Source: an uncultured Gammaproteobacteria bacterium (GTDB taxonomy: Bacteria; Pseudomonadota; Gammaproteobacteria; UBA9214). From it: 64,000 nucleotides of DNA. Positions 10,567 through 21,085 of this stretch are shown here, piece by piece; positions within the stretch are counted from its first letter, which is position 1; each line of letters begins with the position of its first letter. Below the pieces are notes generated by a model. That model searched no databases and had not been told where the DNA came from. It saw only the letters and a list, made by a program, of their open reading frames with translations. The position numbers and the translations under genes were made by a program. The stretch is taken from the NCBI GenBank assembly GCA_963748215.1, contig CAVVHS010000006.1, positions 768,001-832,000 of the forward strand, read 5' to 3'.

Positions 10567-11445
10567 CTAGCCCGCGGGTCGCTCCAGATAGGCCTGCCAG
10601 AAGCGGGCGGCGCTATCGATGTTGCGCCATACCGGACTCTGTAACACCGCATCGTCGAACACCCGCGGCCATTGCGGCGGCTGGGGCTCGACCCGGGCAC
10701 GAATCGTGTGCATGTCCTTGAAGCCGTAGACGTAGTCATCCTCGAAGGTGACCTGCCGGACGTGTTCAAAGTCGTGCGCATACGTCGCATCACCAAGAAA
10801 GCGATAGATGCCCTCCAGCGTCGCCTGCGGCGCACGTGTCAGGGTGTCGTAATCAACGAAGTGCATGCGATCCTTCCAGCCGCGGGTAACGGCATCGCGA
10901 ATGGCGTTGTAGGCCCGGCCGACCGGCTGTGCATCGTCTGCGAACACCTCCACGCGACCCTGTGCCGTTTTGAATTTCAGGGCGGTGGCCGCTTCCTGCG
11001 GCAACTGCCCCAGCGCGGAGGTCTTGCGGTAGATCTGCTCGAATGACGCCAGCACATCGCGCAAGTCCCGTACCGTGACCAGGACCTTGACCCGCTCCCT
11101 GCCACCCACCAGCACCGCCGCCATCTCCAGGAATTCCGCCCAGTAACGGTTCTTGTCGATGCACAGCGGCTGGCTGACGTGCGCGAAGTATGCCTGCAGC
11201 ATCGCCCGCAGCACCCGTTCCTTAACCTGTTCGCTCAGGCCGTGTGCCATCGCCTGGAAGGCATCGTTACGGTCCCAGCCATTGCGCACCGTCACCAGCA
11301 TGTCGACAATGCCCGACGTCGGGGTCACGTGCACGCGGGGATTTTGTGCCAGGATGTTCGCCAGCAGCGTCGAGCCACTGCGTGGCAACCCGGCGAGAAA
11401 GTAGATGGTCTTGTCGCTTGCCACGGTGCCGTCCCTCGCTACCAT
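10567..11445 (-). CDS. PAPS-dependent sulfotransferase
   Basis: GLPRSGSTLL 5'-PSB loop, IDKNR, VRDLRDVLASF 3'-PB motif. Confidence 0.85.
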   Translation of the reverse strand: MVARDGTVASDKTIYFLAGLPRSGSTLLANILAQNPRVHVTPTSGIVDMLVTVRNGWDRNDAFQAMAHGLSEQVKERVLRAMLQAYFAHVSQPLCIDKNRYWAEFLEMAAVLVGGRERVKVLVTVRDLRDVLASFEQIYRKTSALGQLPQEAATALKFKTAQGRVEVFADDAQPVGRAYNAIRDAVTRGWKDRMHFVDYDTLTRAPQATLEGIYRFLGDATYAHDFEHVRQVTFEDDYVYGFKDMHTIRARVEPQPPQWPRVFDDAVLQSPVWRNIDSAARFWQAYLERPAG

Positions 11446-13442
11446 TTGTTAAGCAGGCGTGCCCTGCCAGCCTCTGCACACCGTGCCTGTCCTGTTAGTC
11501 CGCTGTGGTCATTGCCCGGATGCGCAGAGGCTGATCGCGCAGTGGCGGGCTTGCGGCGCGCGACGACCGCCATACCCGCGAGGCCGCCGAGGAACAACCA
11601 GACACTTGCGGGCAAAGGCACCGGCGCCGCCGTAAAGCTCAGTTGCAGGTCCCATTCAGGGGTGAGCAGCACCTCGAAGTCCAGCCCCACCCCCGGGTCC
11701 AGGTCCGGAAAGCTGAAGAAAATATTGTCAAAGCCGCCCACATGCTGTGCGAACAGGAAGTCGACACGCTCACCGATGCCGGGCTGGTAGCCGTTCAGGC
11801 TGAACATGATCTGACTGTTCGGCCCGAAGTCGATGTCGCCCAGAATATCAACGCTGTCGAAGTCGAACAGACCCAGCTCAAAGCTCATCGAGCCGTCAAA
11901 GTCGACGTTGCCACCAAAGGTCAGCGTTCCGAAAATACCGCTCGCACCGCTCGCCGCGCTGTCTCCCGGATTGACACTCACCAGGGCATCGATCGTTACC
12001 GGCTGGGCAGTCGATGTAATCACCCCCGTGCCCGTCAGGCTGCCGCCACTGAGCGCGACCGCCGCCTGGGTGAGACTGCCGTCGACCCGCGTGCTGCCCG
12101 CACCCTGTGTGAAACTGCCGGTGCCGGTGACGGTGCCGGTTGCGGCCACTTCGAAGATACCGCTGTTATTCAGGCTGCCGGCATTGTTCAGGCTGCCGCC
12201 ATTGACCAGTACAGCACCCGGGTTGTTGGTCAGGGTGGCGGCGAGACTGTTCCTCAGCGCGGCACCCGGGCCGCTGGTCAGGGTCGCACCGGACTGATTG
12301 GTCAGGGTGACATAATTGTTCAGGTCCCGGTTGTTGACCAGGGAACCTGCATTGGCCAGGGAACCGTAATTGACCAGTGCACCGTGATTGGTGACCGCGC
12401 CCGTGTTGGTCACGGTATCGAGATTCGCCAGGCTGGCGCCGGCGCTGTTGTTGAATGAACCCGCGTTTTGCAAGTTACCGTAATTATTCAGACGCAAGCC
12501 ATTGGTCAGGGTGCCGCCTGACTCGTTAAGAAGCGTCCCGCCGTTGTACATGCTCTGTGTGGTCAACACACCGGCATTGGCGAGTGTCCCATAATTGGTC
12601 AGGTAGCCGCTGCTGGTCAGGCTGCCGCCGGACAGGTTGGCCAGGGTGGCGCCGGCCTCGTTAACCAGTGCGTCACTACTGATCAAGTCGCCGCTGTTAG
12701 ACAGGTTACCGTAGTTATACAGGCGATAACTGTTGGACAGGGTACCACCGGACTGGTTGATCAGGGTGGCACCGGCCTCGTTGAAAAAAGCGCCGCTGTT
12801 GTTCAGCCCACCCGCGTTGGTGAGCCTGCCGTAATTGCTCAGATAGTTACTGTTCGACAGCGTCGCACTGGACTGGTTGGCCAGTGTGGCACCGTACGCG
12901 TTAACCAGCTTGACATTGTTAGTCAGCAAGCCCGCGTTGGTCAGTGTGCCCGCATTGGCAAACAGGTAGTTGTTCGTGACGCTGCCGCCGGAGCGATTCG
13001 TCAACATACCTCCTGCCAGGTTATACAGCGCACCGGAATTTTTCAGCAGGCCATCGTTGCTGAAGGCCCCGCTGTTATTCGTGGTGCCGCCGGACTGGTT
13101 GCTCAGTGTCGCACCCGTCTGGTTGCCGAGGTTGCCGGCATTGTTCAGCAGGCCGGCGTTATCGAGGCTGCCAGTGTTCGCAAGATCGCCAGTGGTCTGG
13201 ATGTCAAGCTGACCACCGGCAGTGATCAGGCACGCAACATTGGTATCCAGTGTGTCAAGACTCACCTGGCCGGTGATAGGACAATCGAGCTGTGCCTGGA
13301 CGATCGGACTGACGAGCACCCCGGCGCCGAGCGCCAGCGTCAGCCTGATGGCCCGGTCGAGATGACGAAGCCGAAACACCGGCTCGCAGTGCCCTTTATG
13401 CTTTTGCTTGTCACTGGTATTGCTGAGCACGCTGAGACCCAA
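11439..13442 (-). CDS. Asn/Gly-rich beta-helix-like repeat surface protein with VPLPA-CTERM (PEP-CTERM-type) sorting signal
   Basis: Signal peptide, many N-x-G-x-L-x-N repeats, C-terminal VPLPASVWLFLGGLAGMAVVARRK. Start codon uncertain. Confidence 0.8.
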   Translation of the reverse strand: MGLSVLSNTSDKQKHKGHCEPVFRLRHLDRAIRLTLALGAGVLVSPIVQAQLDCPITGQVSLDTLDTNVACLITAGGQLDIQTTGDLANTGSLDNAGLLNNAGNLGNQTGATLSNQSGGTTNNSGAFSNDGLLKNSGALYNLAGGMLTNRSGGSVTNNYLFANAGTLTNAGLLTNNVKLVNAYGATLANQSSATLSNSNYLSNYGRLTNAGGLNNSGAFFNEAGATLINQSGGTLSNSYRLYNYGNLSNSGDLISSDALVNEAGATLANLSGGSLTSSGYLTNYGTLANAGVLTTQSMYNGGTLLNESGGTLTNGLRLNNYGNLQNAGSFNNSAGASLANLDTVTNTGAVTNHGALVNYGSLANAGSLVNNRDLNNYVTLTNQSGATLTSGPGAALRNSLAATLTNNPGAVLVNGGSLNNAGSLNNSGIFEVAATGTVTGTGSFTQGAGSTRVDGSLTQAAVALSGGSLTGTGVITSTAQPVTIDALVSVNPGDSAASGASGIFGTLTFGGNVDFDGSMSFELGLFDFDSVDILGDIDFGPNSQIMFSLNGYQPGIGERVDFLFAQHVGGFDNIFFSFPDLDPGVGLDFEVLLTPEWDLQLSFTAAPVPLPASVWLFLGGLAGMAVVARRKPATARSASAHPGNDHSGLTGQARCAEAGRARLLNKW

Positions 13443-14042
13443 CCTGAAACGTCTTGTTATAGTTATCGAGTGGCCTGAACGGTAACCACCCTGTTGTCCG
13501 GAGCTTCCGGGTCGGAAGGTCTGAGGACTTCTATATTACTTGTACTTTTATTATCTGCTTGATTAATGTCTTCTAACGAATATTGCATACCCCCTTCATT
13601 GACATCAAGACTATTTTTCAGTTGGCGGTAACGCCCGCGCGAGGCGCGGGGCAAGTTACACACAGCGCTGCCTGTGCTGAGTGTTTGACCAGGCAACGGG
13701 GGCGTCTATTGTCTTGCCCTGCCCGGTGTAAGGAATAGTGCCGTACATTAATCTATGCCTGCCACTCAGGTAAGCCTGCGGTAGCGATTCGTCAGGTACA
13801 TCCAGATGATCAATAGACCTTTATGCGTTGATTCAGCATGAGGTAGCAATTGATTTGTTGGAAATATTTACAAGCGTAGTTCCTGGCCTAATTTGTTACT
13901 GACTGATTATTAAGAAAATAATGAAACCGTCTGCCGAATTATCCTCGCGATACGTCACAATTTTTTACAATCTTTCTGCTCGCGCACCATCTGCAACACC
14001 AGAATGACACTATCGTATTGATAATTAAGTTGAATATATTTT

Positions 14043-14058
14043 TGGCGTAGTATTTGCT
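14043..14058 (+). promoter_or_regulatory. Putative sigma-54 promoter (distal)
   Basis: TGGCGTAGTATTTGCT with correct GG/GC spacing, in an AT-rich intergenic region. Confidence 0.5.
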
Positions 14059-14457
14059 TGCAAACAGACCGGCCGCGTTATACAAGCGACTTCAATGGAA
14101 GTTTGTCGCCAATTGGGTACAGAATGCGCATAAACAGCTGCGCGTACCCATCGAGCTACAGGCCTTGAAACTTATTTTAGTGCCAGTACTGGCCATTTAC
14201 GTATTTAGAGAACTAACAATGAGTTCCCGGCGAAACATAAAAACAACACGAGAGAAGCTGTCCGATTTCATCAGCAAAGCAAGCTATTGGCTGTGCCAGA
14301 TATGACATTTCTGTCTGCGACAATCTGCCACATTCGTCAATCATGACATGATTTACAGGCTGGACAAAACCACAGGCAACAGAATTTTGACAATAATTCA
14401 TTTATAACCATCTGTTAACTATGTATTTACTTCTTTACCACAATGATGACACAAAAT

Positions 14458-14473
14458 TGGCATTGAAATTGCT
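14458..14473 (+). promoter_or_regulatory. Putative sigma-54 promoter (proximal) for the second multicopper oxidase
   Basis: TGGCATTGAAATTGCT, a near-consensus TGGCAC-N5-TTGCW, ~260 bp before the 14732 ATG. Confidence 0.65.
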
Positions 14474-14731
14474 TTTACCACTCACAGGTCGTTCTCAGCG
14501 TGTGACTTTGTCACAAAACGGAAAGAAAAAAGTAACAGAGCAAGAAATTGAAATTATCGTTCAACAAGCAATCTCATAACGACTTTACGGTGACTATACG
14601 CAGCATTAAATCAGATAACAGACTGCCGGCCAGAGGGACAGCCAACACGCAGTTTTATGCATGGGATTATTGCTTTAACTAATCAATAAGGTTCAAACGT
14701 CAACTGCAGTTCAGGGGAGAGGAGACTACCG

Positions 14732-17656
14732 ATGTCAAGAAAAATCAAGAGAGACGGGTCGTCAGGCGAACTAGCCAAATCGACCATCACATCATCAGCG
14801 CGCAGGTACTCGGCACCTATACAGATTGCTGCCGGCATTCTGTTTACTTTGACCAGCACCTGTGCCTTCGCTGTCGATACCGACGGGGATGGCGTTGATG
14901 ACAACCTGGATAACTGCATCACCCGGGCGAATCCCGGTCAGCAGGATACCAACGGCGATGGTTTCGGCAACGCCTGCGATGCGGATTTTAACAACAACGG
15001 CATCGTAGACCCGACCGATTTCACTGCAGTCAAGGCCGCCATCGGGACGGTCAATCCGGACTTGGACCTGAATGGCAACGGTATCGTCGATCCGACCGAT
15101 TTCACCCTGACCAAGTCGTTGATCGGCACAAACCCCGGGCCCTCCTGTACCGGCCTGTTCTTTGGCTGCGTGGCACCGCTGGACCCGCTCGCAATTCCCA
15201 AGTACGTGTTGCCGCTGGTCATCCCGCCGGCAATGAACCCCGTTGGCGGAGCCGGAGGCGCAGCTGATAACTACGAAATCGCCGTCAAGCAGTTCCAGCA
15301 GCAGATCCTGCCGGGCGGACACTGGAACGCGGTATCGGCGAAATGTGCGGCAACTCCAGGGCTCTGCGACTTCCCTGCCACCACGGTGTGGAGCTATGGT
15401 CCGGCCGCGGATCCGCTGCCCGACTCCTCGGGCATTCCGGGCGGTGCAGTCGGACTGGCCCCAGCGCCAAACTCCCAGTACAACTACCCGGCCTATACCA
15501 TCGAAACCTCTAACGGTGGACGGAATCCGGATGGGACCTATATCGCCAACCCCGTCAGCATCACCTGGATCAACGGCCTCAAGGAAAACTTCGGCGCGGG
15601 GCCTAATTTCCTGCAACACCTGCTGCCGGTCGATCAGACCCTGCACTGGGCCAATCCGAAGGCAGACTGTATCGCCGGCTCACCGCGCACCGACTGTATG
15701 GGCAAGAATCCCGACTATTACACGGGCCCGGTGCCGATTATCACGCACGTACACGGCGGCCACACCAATCCCCAGTCGGATGGCTACGCGGAAGCCTGGT
15801 ACCTGCCCGACCCGACCGGGAGCAACTTCAACTGCACCAACAACCCGAGTGTGGCGAGCAATCCCCAGAATCCCAACACCTACGTGTGCGGTGGCAGTCT
15901 GATCAACCAGCTCGGTGCAATCACCAACCCGGCGCCCAATGCCGCCGGCTTTGCCAACTTCACCTACAATAATGATCAGCCCTCGACCACCATCTGGTAT
16001 CACGATCATTCCCTGGGCATGACCCGCAGCAACGTGTACGCGGGCCCGGCCGGCTTCTTCCTGATCCGGCAGCCGAGTGGCGGTGAGGACGGCGTGGTGG
16101 CCGGTGTATTGCCCGGACCGGCGCCGGTCAGAGGCGACGGCGTGCTGGAGCTGAATATCCCGGGTGACCCGCTCAGAAGCAGCATCCGCGAAACACCGAT
16201 CGCGATTCAGGACCGCTCCTTCAATGCGAACGGCTCCCTGTTCTATCCGGCGGACCGGGCCTTCTTCGAAGGTCTGGGGGACGGCTTTGGTAATATCCAG
16301 AACCAGTTCAATGGTAACGCGGCGGCGGGTCTGAACGTTGACTTCATCCCCAGCCCGACGTCCGACATGCCACCGATCTGGAACCCTGAAGCCTTCTTCA
16401 ACACCATGGTGGTCAATGGGTCGACCTGGCCCGAACTGCAGGTGGCACCAGCCGAGTACCGCTTCCGTCTGCTGAACGGCTGTAACTCCCGCTTCATTAA
16501 CCTGGCGCTGATCATCACGGATCCGGTTACGGGTGCGCAGACCACGGTCAACCGCACGGTGTGGGACGACACGACGGCACCACCGACCCAGGGCACGGTA
16601 CCCGTCAATGAGCTCAGCTTCTTCCAGATCGGTACCGAGCAGAGCGTATTGCCTCAGGTGGTCAAGGTGGAAACCGGTGCCGCGACCCCGCTGCTGGGTG
16701 ATGGCACCATACCGCCCGCTGTGCCGGCACCCGCTCCCCAGCAGGCACTGCTGATGGGGCTGGCCGAGCGCGCCGATGTGATCGTGGACTTCCGCGGTCT
16801 GCCCGACGGTACCGTGGTACGCATGATCAATACCGGACCGGATGAGCCGTTTGGCGGTTTCGACCCGGCCAGCGTCCCGGCCGATCCGGACACCACCGGA
16901 CAGGTGATGCAGTTCGTGGTGAACAACTCGCTGCTGGGCTCCTCGCCTACCGACGAGCTACGCGCACCGGACGGTACCCTGCAGAACCCGCTCACCCGCG
17001 CCACACCCCCGGAATCTCTGGTGCTGGGCCCGGCCGACATTGCGCTGCCTAACACCCAGATCCTGCGCCGACTCGCCCTGCTCGAGGAAGAGTCCGCACT
17101 GGTGTGTGTGACGATCGACGCCGTGACCGGTGAAATCACCCAGATACCCGGGGATATTCCTCCCTGTGTGACGGCGGAAGCCGAGCCCTTCGGACCGCTG
17201 GCTGCGGTACTGGGCACAGTGAATCAGGGCGGCGTACCGACCGTGCAGCTGTGGTCTGATCCGATGACGACCAACCCGGCGCTGGGTGCCACGGAAGCCT
17301 GGGAATTCCAGAACTTCTCGGCTGATGCCCATCCCGTCCACATACACCTGGTCAAGTTCAATGTGCTCGGGCGTCAGGCACTGGGTGGCGGACCCTCGGT
17401 CGGCGGTGATCCGGTGACCGGTATCAACCCCTGGGAGAACGGCTGGAAAGACACCGTCATTTCCTACCCCGGCGAGTCCACCACCGTCGCCTCCACCTTC
17501 GATATCCCGGGCCTTTACGTCTGGCACTGCCATATCGTCGAGCACGAGGACAACGAGATGATGGTGCCCTACTGTGTGGGTAACGCGAACTGCGGTGGTC
17601 TTCCGCTCCCGGCAGCGGCCACACAAGCCGCGTTTACCACCGGGCTCACTCAATAA
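14732..17656 (+). CDS. CotA/McoA-like multicopper oxidase with N-terminal TSP3-like and dockerin-like module
   Basis: GGAG RBS and a signal ending AFA. All four Cu motifs present: THVHGGH, WYHDH, HPVHIH, WHCHIVEHEDNEM. N-terminal duplicated DxNxNGIVDPTDF. Confidence 0.9.
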   Translation: MSRKIKRDGSSGELAKSTITSSARRYSAPIQIAAGILFTLTSTCAFAVDTDGDGVDDNLDNCITRANPGQQDTNGDGFGNACDADFNNNGIVDPTDFTAVKAAIGTVNPDLDLNGNGIVDPTDFTLTKSLIGTNPGPSCTGLFFGCVAPLDPLAIPKYVLPLVIPPAMNPVGGAGGAADNYEIAVKQFQQQILPGGHWNAVSAKCAATPGLCDFPATTVWSYGPAADPLPDSSGIPGGAVGLAPAPNSQYNYPAYTIETSNGGRNPDGTYIANPVSITWINGLKENFGAGPNFLQHLLPVDQTLHWANPKADCIAGSPRTDCMGKNPDYYTGPVPIITHVHGGHTNPQSDGYAEAWYLPDPTGSNFNCTNNPSVASNPQNPNTYVCGGSLINQLGAITNPAPNAAGFANFTYNNDQPSTTIWYHDHSLGMTRSNVYAGPAGFFLIRQPSGGEDGVVAGVLPGPAPVRGDGVLELNIPGDPLRSSIRETPIAIQDRSFNANGSLFYPADRAFFEGLGDGFGNIQNQFNGNAAAGLNVDFIPSPTSDMPPIWNPEAFFNTMVVNGSTWPELQVAPAEYRFRLLNGCNSRFINLALIITDPVTGAQTTVNRTVWDDTTAPPTQGTVPVNELSFFQIGTEQSVLPQVVKVETGAATPLLGDGTIPPAVPAPAPQQALLMGLAERADVIVDFRGLPDGTVVRMINTGPDEPFGGFDPASVPADPDTTGQVMQFVVNNSLLGSSPTDELRAPDGTLQNPLTRATPPESLVLGPADIALPNTQILRRLALLEEESALVCVTIDAVTGEITQIPGDIPPCVTAEAEPFGPLAAVLGTVNQGGVPTVQLWSDPMTTNPALGATEAWEFQNFSADAHPVHIHLVKFNVLGRQALGGGPSVGGDPVTGINPWENGWKDTVISYPGESTTVASTFDIPGLYVWHCHIVEHEDNEMMVPYCVGNANCGGLPLPAAATQAAFTTGLTQ

Positions 17657-17686
17657 ACCAGGGGTAGTTTTTTACCCGCAAAGACT

Positions 17687-17712
17687 GGGCCGCCTTCGGG
17701 CGGCCCTTTTCT
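17687..17712 (+). terminator. Rho-independent terminator
   Basis: GGGCCGCC-TTCG-GGCGGCCC followed by TTTT, after the oxidase stop codon. Confidence 0.85.
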
Positions 17713-17875
17713 TGCCAGAGGGTGTCCGCGGCTGTTATGTTTTTTAATGCCGGAACGGTAAATGCCCGCCGCGTGGCCGGCATCATCATCTGATGAGGCA
17801 ACCGCTGCGCCAGCAATCCCCCGGCATCTGCGGTTCACTACAACCAGTAATACACCTTCGGGAGAAGACTGCACT

Positions 17876-18640
17876 ATGCGTCTGCACAGACTATCAGCGA
17901 TGACCGCACTGATCCTGCTCGTCGCGGCCTGCACGGCCGATGAGTCACCCGGGCTGAAACAGGAAGACGAACGGATTAACTACAGCCTCGGTCACCAGAT
18001 CGGGACAGATTTCAAGCGCCAGGGCGTGACGCTGGACGCTGCCGCCATCGCGCGGGGCATGCAGGACGCGCTCGGCGAGGCCGAACCCCTGCTGCCAAAG
18101 GACGACATGGAGCAGCGCCTGCTGAAGCTGAAAGGACAGATCACCGAAGACATGCAATCCGAGCAGCTGCAGCGGGTCAAGGCGCGTAAAGAAGTCAATG
18201 AGCGCAAGCTCCGTGAGGCCCAGGCGTTCCTCGAGGAGAACGCCAAAAAACCGGGCATTAAGACACGTTCCAGTGGCCTGCAGTACCGGGTGATCAGCGA
18301 GGGCAGCGGTGCCAGGCCAGTGCCCCTGGACCAGGTGAACTTCCATTATACGGGTCGACGGATCGACGGGAGTGAATTCGACAATTCCCATGCTGCCGGC
18401 AAGCCGAGATCCATCCGCGTAGCGGACATGATTCCAGGCCTCAAGGAGGCCGTGCTTATGATGCAACCTGGCGCCAGGTGGGAACTCTATATTCCACCTG
18501 ACCTGGCCTATGGCAGGACATCTCCCCTCGCCTACCAGGCGGTGATCATAGAACTCGAATTACTCTCTGTGGACAGCAATGACAGCAAGACGACGTCAAC
18601 TACCGCGCCTGAAAGCGTGCAGGATACCCAACAACCCTGA
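17876..18640 (+). CDS. FKBP-type (Mip/FkpA-like) PPIase, lipoprotein, divergent
   Basis: ATG after GGAG, lipobox LVAAC, NYSLGHQIG dimer domain, SGLQYRV, EFDNS, IPPDLAYG. Confidence 0.85.
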   Translation: MRLHRLSAMTALILLVAACTADESPGLKQEDERINYSLGHQIGTDFKRQGVTLDAAAIARGMQDALGEAEPLLPKDDMEQRLLKLKGQITEDMQSEQLQRVKARKEVNERKLREAQAFLEENAKKPGIKTRSSGLQYRVISEGSGARPVPLDQVNFHYTGRRIDGSEFDNSHAAGKPRSIRVADMIPGLKEAVLMMQPGARWELYIPPDLAYGRTSPLAYQAVIIELELLSVDSNDSKTTSTTAPESVQDTQQP

Positions 18641-18723
18641 CCCGGTGGATTGCCCTGGCCCGCACACGCGACCCGCTATTTCACTCTCATGACCTTCGAC
18701 CATAACGACAACGGAGAATCCGG

Positions 18724-19533
18724 ATGAAACAGTTATTAATCCTCATTACCGCACTGCTCACCCCCCTGTGTCTGGCAGGCGAGCCCGATCTCGGCACGGA
18801 TGCGGCAAAGATCAATTACAGTGTCGGCTACCAGATCGGTGGCGACTTCAAACTGCAGGGTGTCGAAATGCAACCGGACACGGTGATCCGGGGTATCCAG
18901 GACGCGCTGTCCGGGGCGCAGCCGCTCATGAGCGCCGAGGAGATGAAAACCACCATGGGTGAACTGGGCAAACGCATCGCGGACCAGCGCACCCGGGAAA
19001 AACATCTCGCCAAGACCCGGATCGAGAATGAGAACATGGAATTCCTGACCGCCAATGCCAAAAAGGAAGGCGTGGTGACCACCCCCAGCGGACTGCAGTA
19101 CAGGATCATCGAGCCGGGCACGGGCAGGACGCCCGGGGCAACGGACACCGTCACGGTCAATTACCGCGGCAGCCTGATCGACGGCAAGGAGTTCGACAGC
19201 TCGGCCAAACATGGCAAACCGGCCAGTTTCCGCGTGGACCGGGTCATTGCAGGCTGGAGCGAGGCCTTGCAGATGATGCAGGAAGGCGCCAAATGGCAAC
19301 TGTTCATTCCCCACCGACTCGCCTATGGCGAGAAGGGACCGTTGCGCGAGAAGACCCTCATCTTCGATGTCGAACTGCTGTCGGTCGATACCCCCGCTAT
19401 GGCGGCGCCAGAGGGTGGAACCCCCGCAACCGATGCCGCACCGAGCGAAGCGCCGGCCTCGGTGAAGCCTGCGACACCAGTCGAACCTGCGACGCCAGTC
19501 GAGCCAGCGACGACACCGGCCGGGACGGACTGA
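18724..19533 (+). CDS. FKBP-type PPIase with Pro/Ala/Thr-rich tail
   Basis: NYSVGYQIG, SGLQYRI, VTVNYRG, EFDSS, VIAGWSEAL, and PATPVE repeats at the C-terminus. Confidence 0.9.
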   Translation: MKQLLILITALLTPLCLAGEPDLGTDAAKINYSVGYQIGGDFKLQGVEMQPDTVIRGIQDALSGAQPLMSAEEMKTTMGELGKRIADQRTREKHLAKTRIENENMEFLTANAKKEGVVTTPSGLQYRIIEPGTGRTPGATDTVTVNYRGSLIDGKEFDSSAKHGKPASFRVDRVIAGWSEALQMMQEGAKWQLFIPHRLAYGEKGPLREKTLIFDVELLSVDTPAMAAPEGGTPATDAAPSEAPASVKPATPVEPATPVEPATTPAGTD

Positions 19534-19655
19534 CCGCCGCCCGGCGCCTACCCGCCATCAGACCGGCAACCGGCACGGACTTCAGGTCCGTTGCCGGGTG
19601 GTCGATTCTGCCTGTATCCGGCCCTGTGGCACGTTCAGTCCGTTAAATATTACAA

Positions 19656-21080
19656 GTGAACAAAACAGCCCTTCGCAACCTGCCAATTCGCACCTGCGCG
19701 CAGCTGCTGCCCGTGCTGTTGCTGGCCGTGCTGCTGCTGGCCGGGTGCGGACCGGACACGGCAGATCCACCTGCCGTTGCGGAGGACGCCGTAGCGATCG
19801 ACCTGCTTGAGGCGGACGGCACTCACACCCATGCGCACTACGTCTGCCCCATGCACCCGCAGATCGTGCGCGATGAGGCCGGCACCTGCCCCATCTGCGG
19901 CATGCACCTGGTGGAAAAACACCTGGAGTCCCCCGTCCCGGAACAAACCGCTGAACACACGCACGCGCATTATGTCTGCCCCATGCACCCCCAGATCATC
20001 CGCGACGAGCCTGGCACCTGCCCCATCTGCGGCATGGACCTGGTGGAAAAACACCTCGAACCGGCCACGGACGACCGGCCTGCGGTCACACTGGATGCCT
20101 CCGTGGTGCAGAACATGGGGGTGCGTACAACGAAGGTGAAGCGCGGGGTGCTGCAACGCCATGTCACCACGCAAGGCAATGTCGCCTACGACGATGACCG
20201 CATCGTTCATGTGCACGCCAGAACGCCCGGCTGGATCGAAAACCTCAACATCCGCACCGACGGCATAGCGGTCAAGCGCAAGGATGAACTGGCGCAGTTT
20301 TTCTCGCCGCTGATCGTCCAGCTGCAGCTTGAGTACATCACCGCCCTGGAAGAGCTTGACCTGGCCCAGCTGAAATCCGCCGACCAGACCGAAATCAGTG
20401 CCCGGGTGAAATCGCTGCGCAACAACCTGAGGCTCCTGCATGTCATGGATATGGACATCATGAGCCTCGAGAAATACCGCACGGTCAAGAACACGATCCC
20501 GATCGTGGCCCCCCGGACCGGCGTAATCACCCAGCTCGGGGTCCGCGAGGGCATGTACGTGGAACCGGACGACAACATGTTCACCATCGTGGATTTCAGC
20601 CGCCTGTGGGTGATGGTGGATATCTACGAGCACCAGATGAGCTGGATGAAACCGGGACTCAAGACCACCATCACGGCACCGGCCCTGCCTGAGCGGAGCT
20701 GGGAAGGCACGCTCGAATTCATCTACCCCGAGGTGGATCCACTCACACGTACCCTGCGCGCGCGGATTGCGGTCGCGAATCCGGACGGGATCCTGGTGCC
20801 GAACATGTTCGTCGAGGTAACGATTGCCAGCGCTCCGAAACAGAATGTGCTGATCGTCCCGCGCGAGGCCGTTATTCCGACCGGTGAGCGCGAGACGGTG
20901 GTCAAGGCACTCGGAGCAGGCCATTTTCAGCCTGTCGAGGTCACCAGCGGCATGTGGGTCGGCCCCGATGTCGAAATCCTGTCCGGCCTGCAGGAGAACG
21001 ACGACGTGGTCGTGTCGGGCCAGTTCCTGATTGATTCGGAATCCAGTCTGCAGGCCGACTTTTCGCGCATGACAGAGTAA
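19656..21080 (+). CDS. cusB: CusB-family RND membrane fusion protein with two heavy-metal-binding domains
   Basis: LAGC lipobox, two YVCPMHPQI...CPICGM domains, [24 protein letters not shown]. Confidence 0.9.
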   Translation: MNKTALRNLPIRTCAQLLPVLLLAVLLLAGCGPDTADPPAVAEDAVAIDLLEADGTHTHAHYVCPMHPQIVRDEAGTCPICGMHLVEKHLESPVPEQTAEHTHAHYVCPMHPQIIRDEPGTCPICGMDLVEKHLEPATDDRPAVTLDASVVQNMGVRTTKVKRGVLQRHVTTQGNVAYDDDRIVHVHARTPGWIENLNIRTDGIAVKRKDELAQFFSPLIVQLQLEYITALEELDLAQLKSADQTEISARVKSLRNNLRLLHVMDMDIMSLEKYRTVKNTIPIVAPRTGVITQLGVREGMYVEPDDNMFTIVDFSRLWVMVDIYEHQMSWMKPGLKTTITAPALPERSWEGTLEFIYPEVDPLTRTLRARIAVANPDGILVPNMFVEVTIASAPKQNVLIVPREAVIPTGERETVVKALGAGHFQPVEVTSGMWVGPDVEILSGLQENDDVVVSGQFLIDSESSLQADFSRMTE

Positions 21081-21085
21081 TTAGC

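Noticed and set aside
13463-14401. Short ORFs in the AT-rich intergenic region
   Set aside because: No clear RBS or motifs, and atypical composition; more likely regulatory DNA.
14501-14515. CRP site
   Set aside because: The TGTGA/TCACA spacer is 5 bp rather than 6; kept only as an unassigned palindrome.
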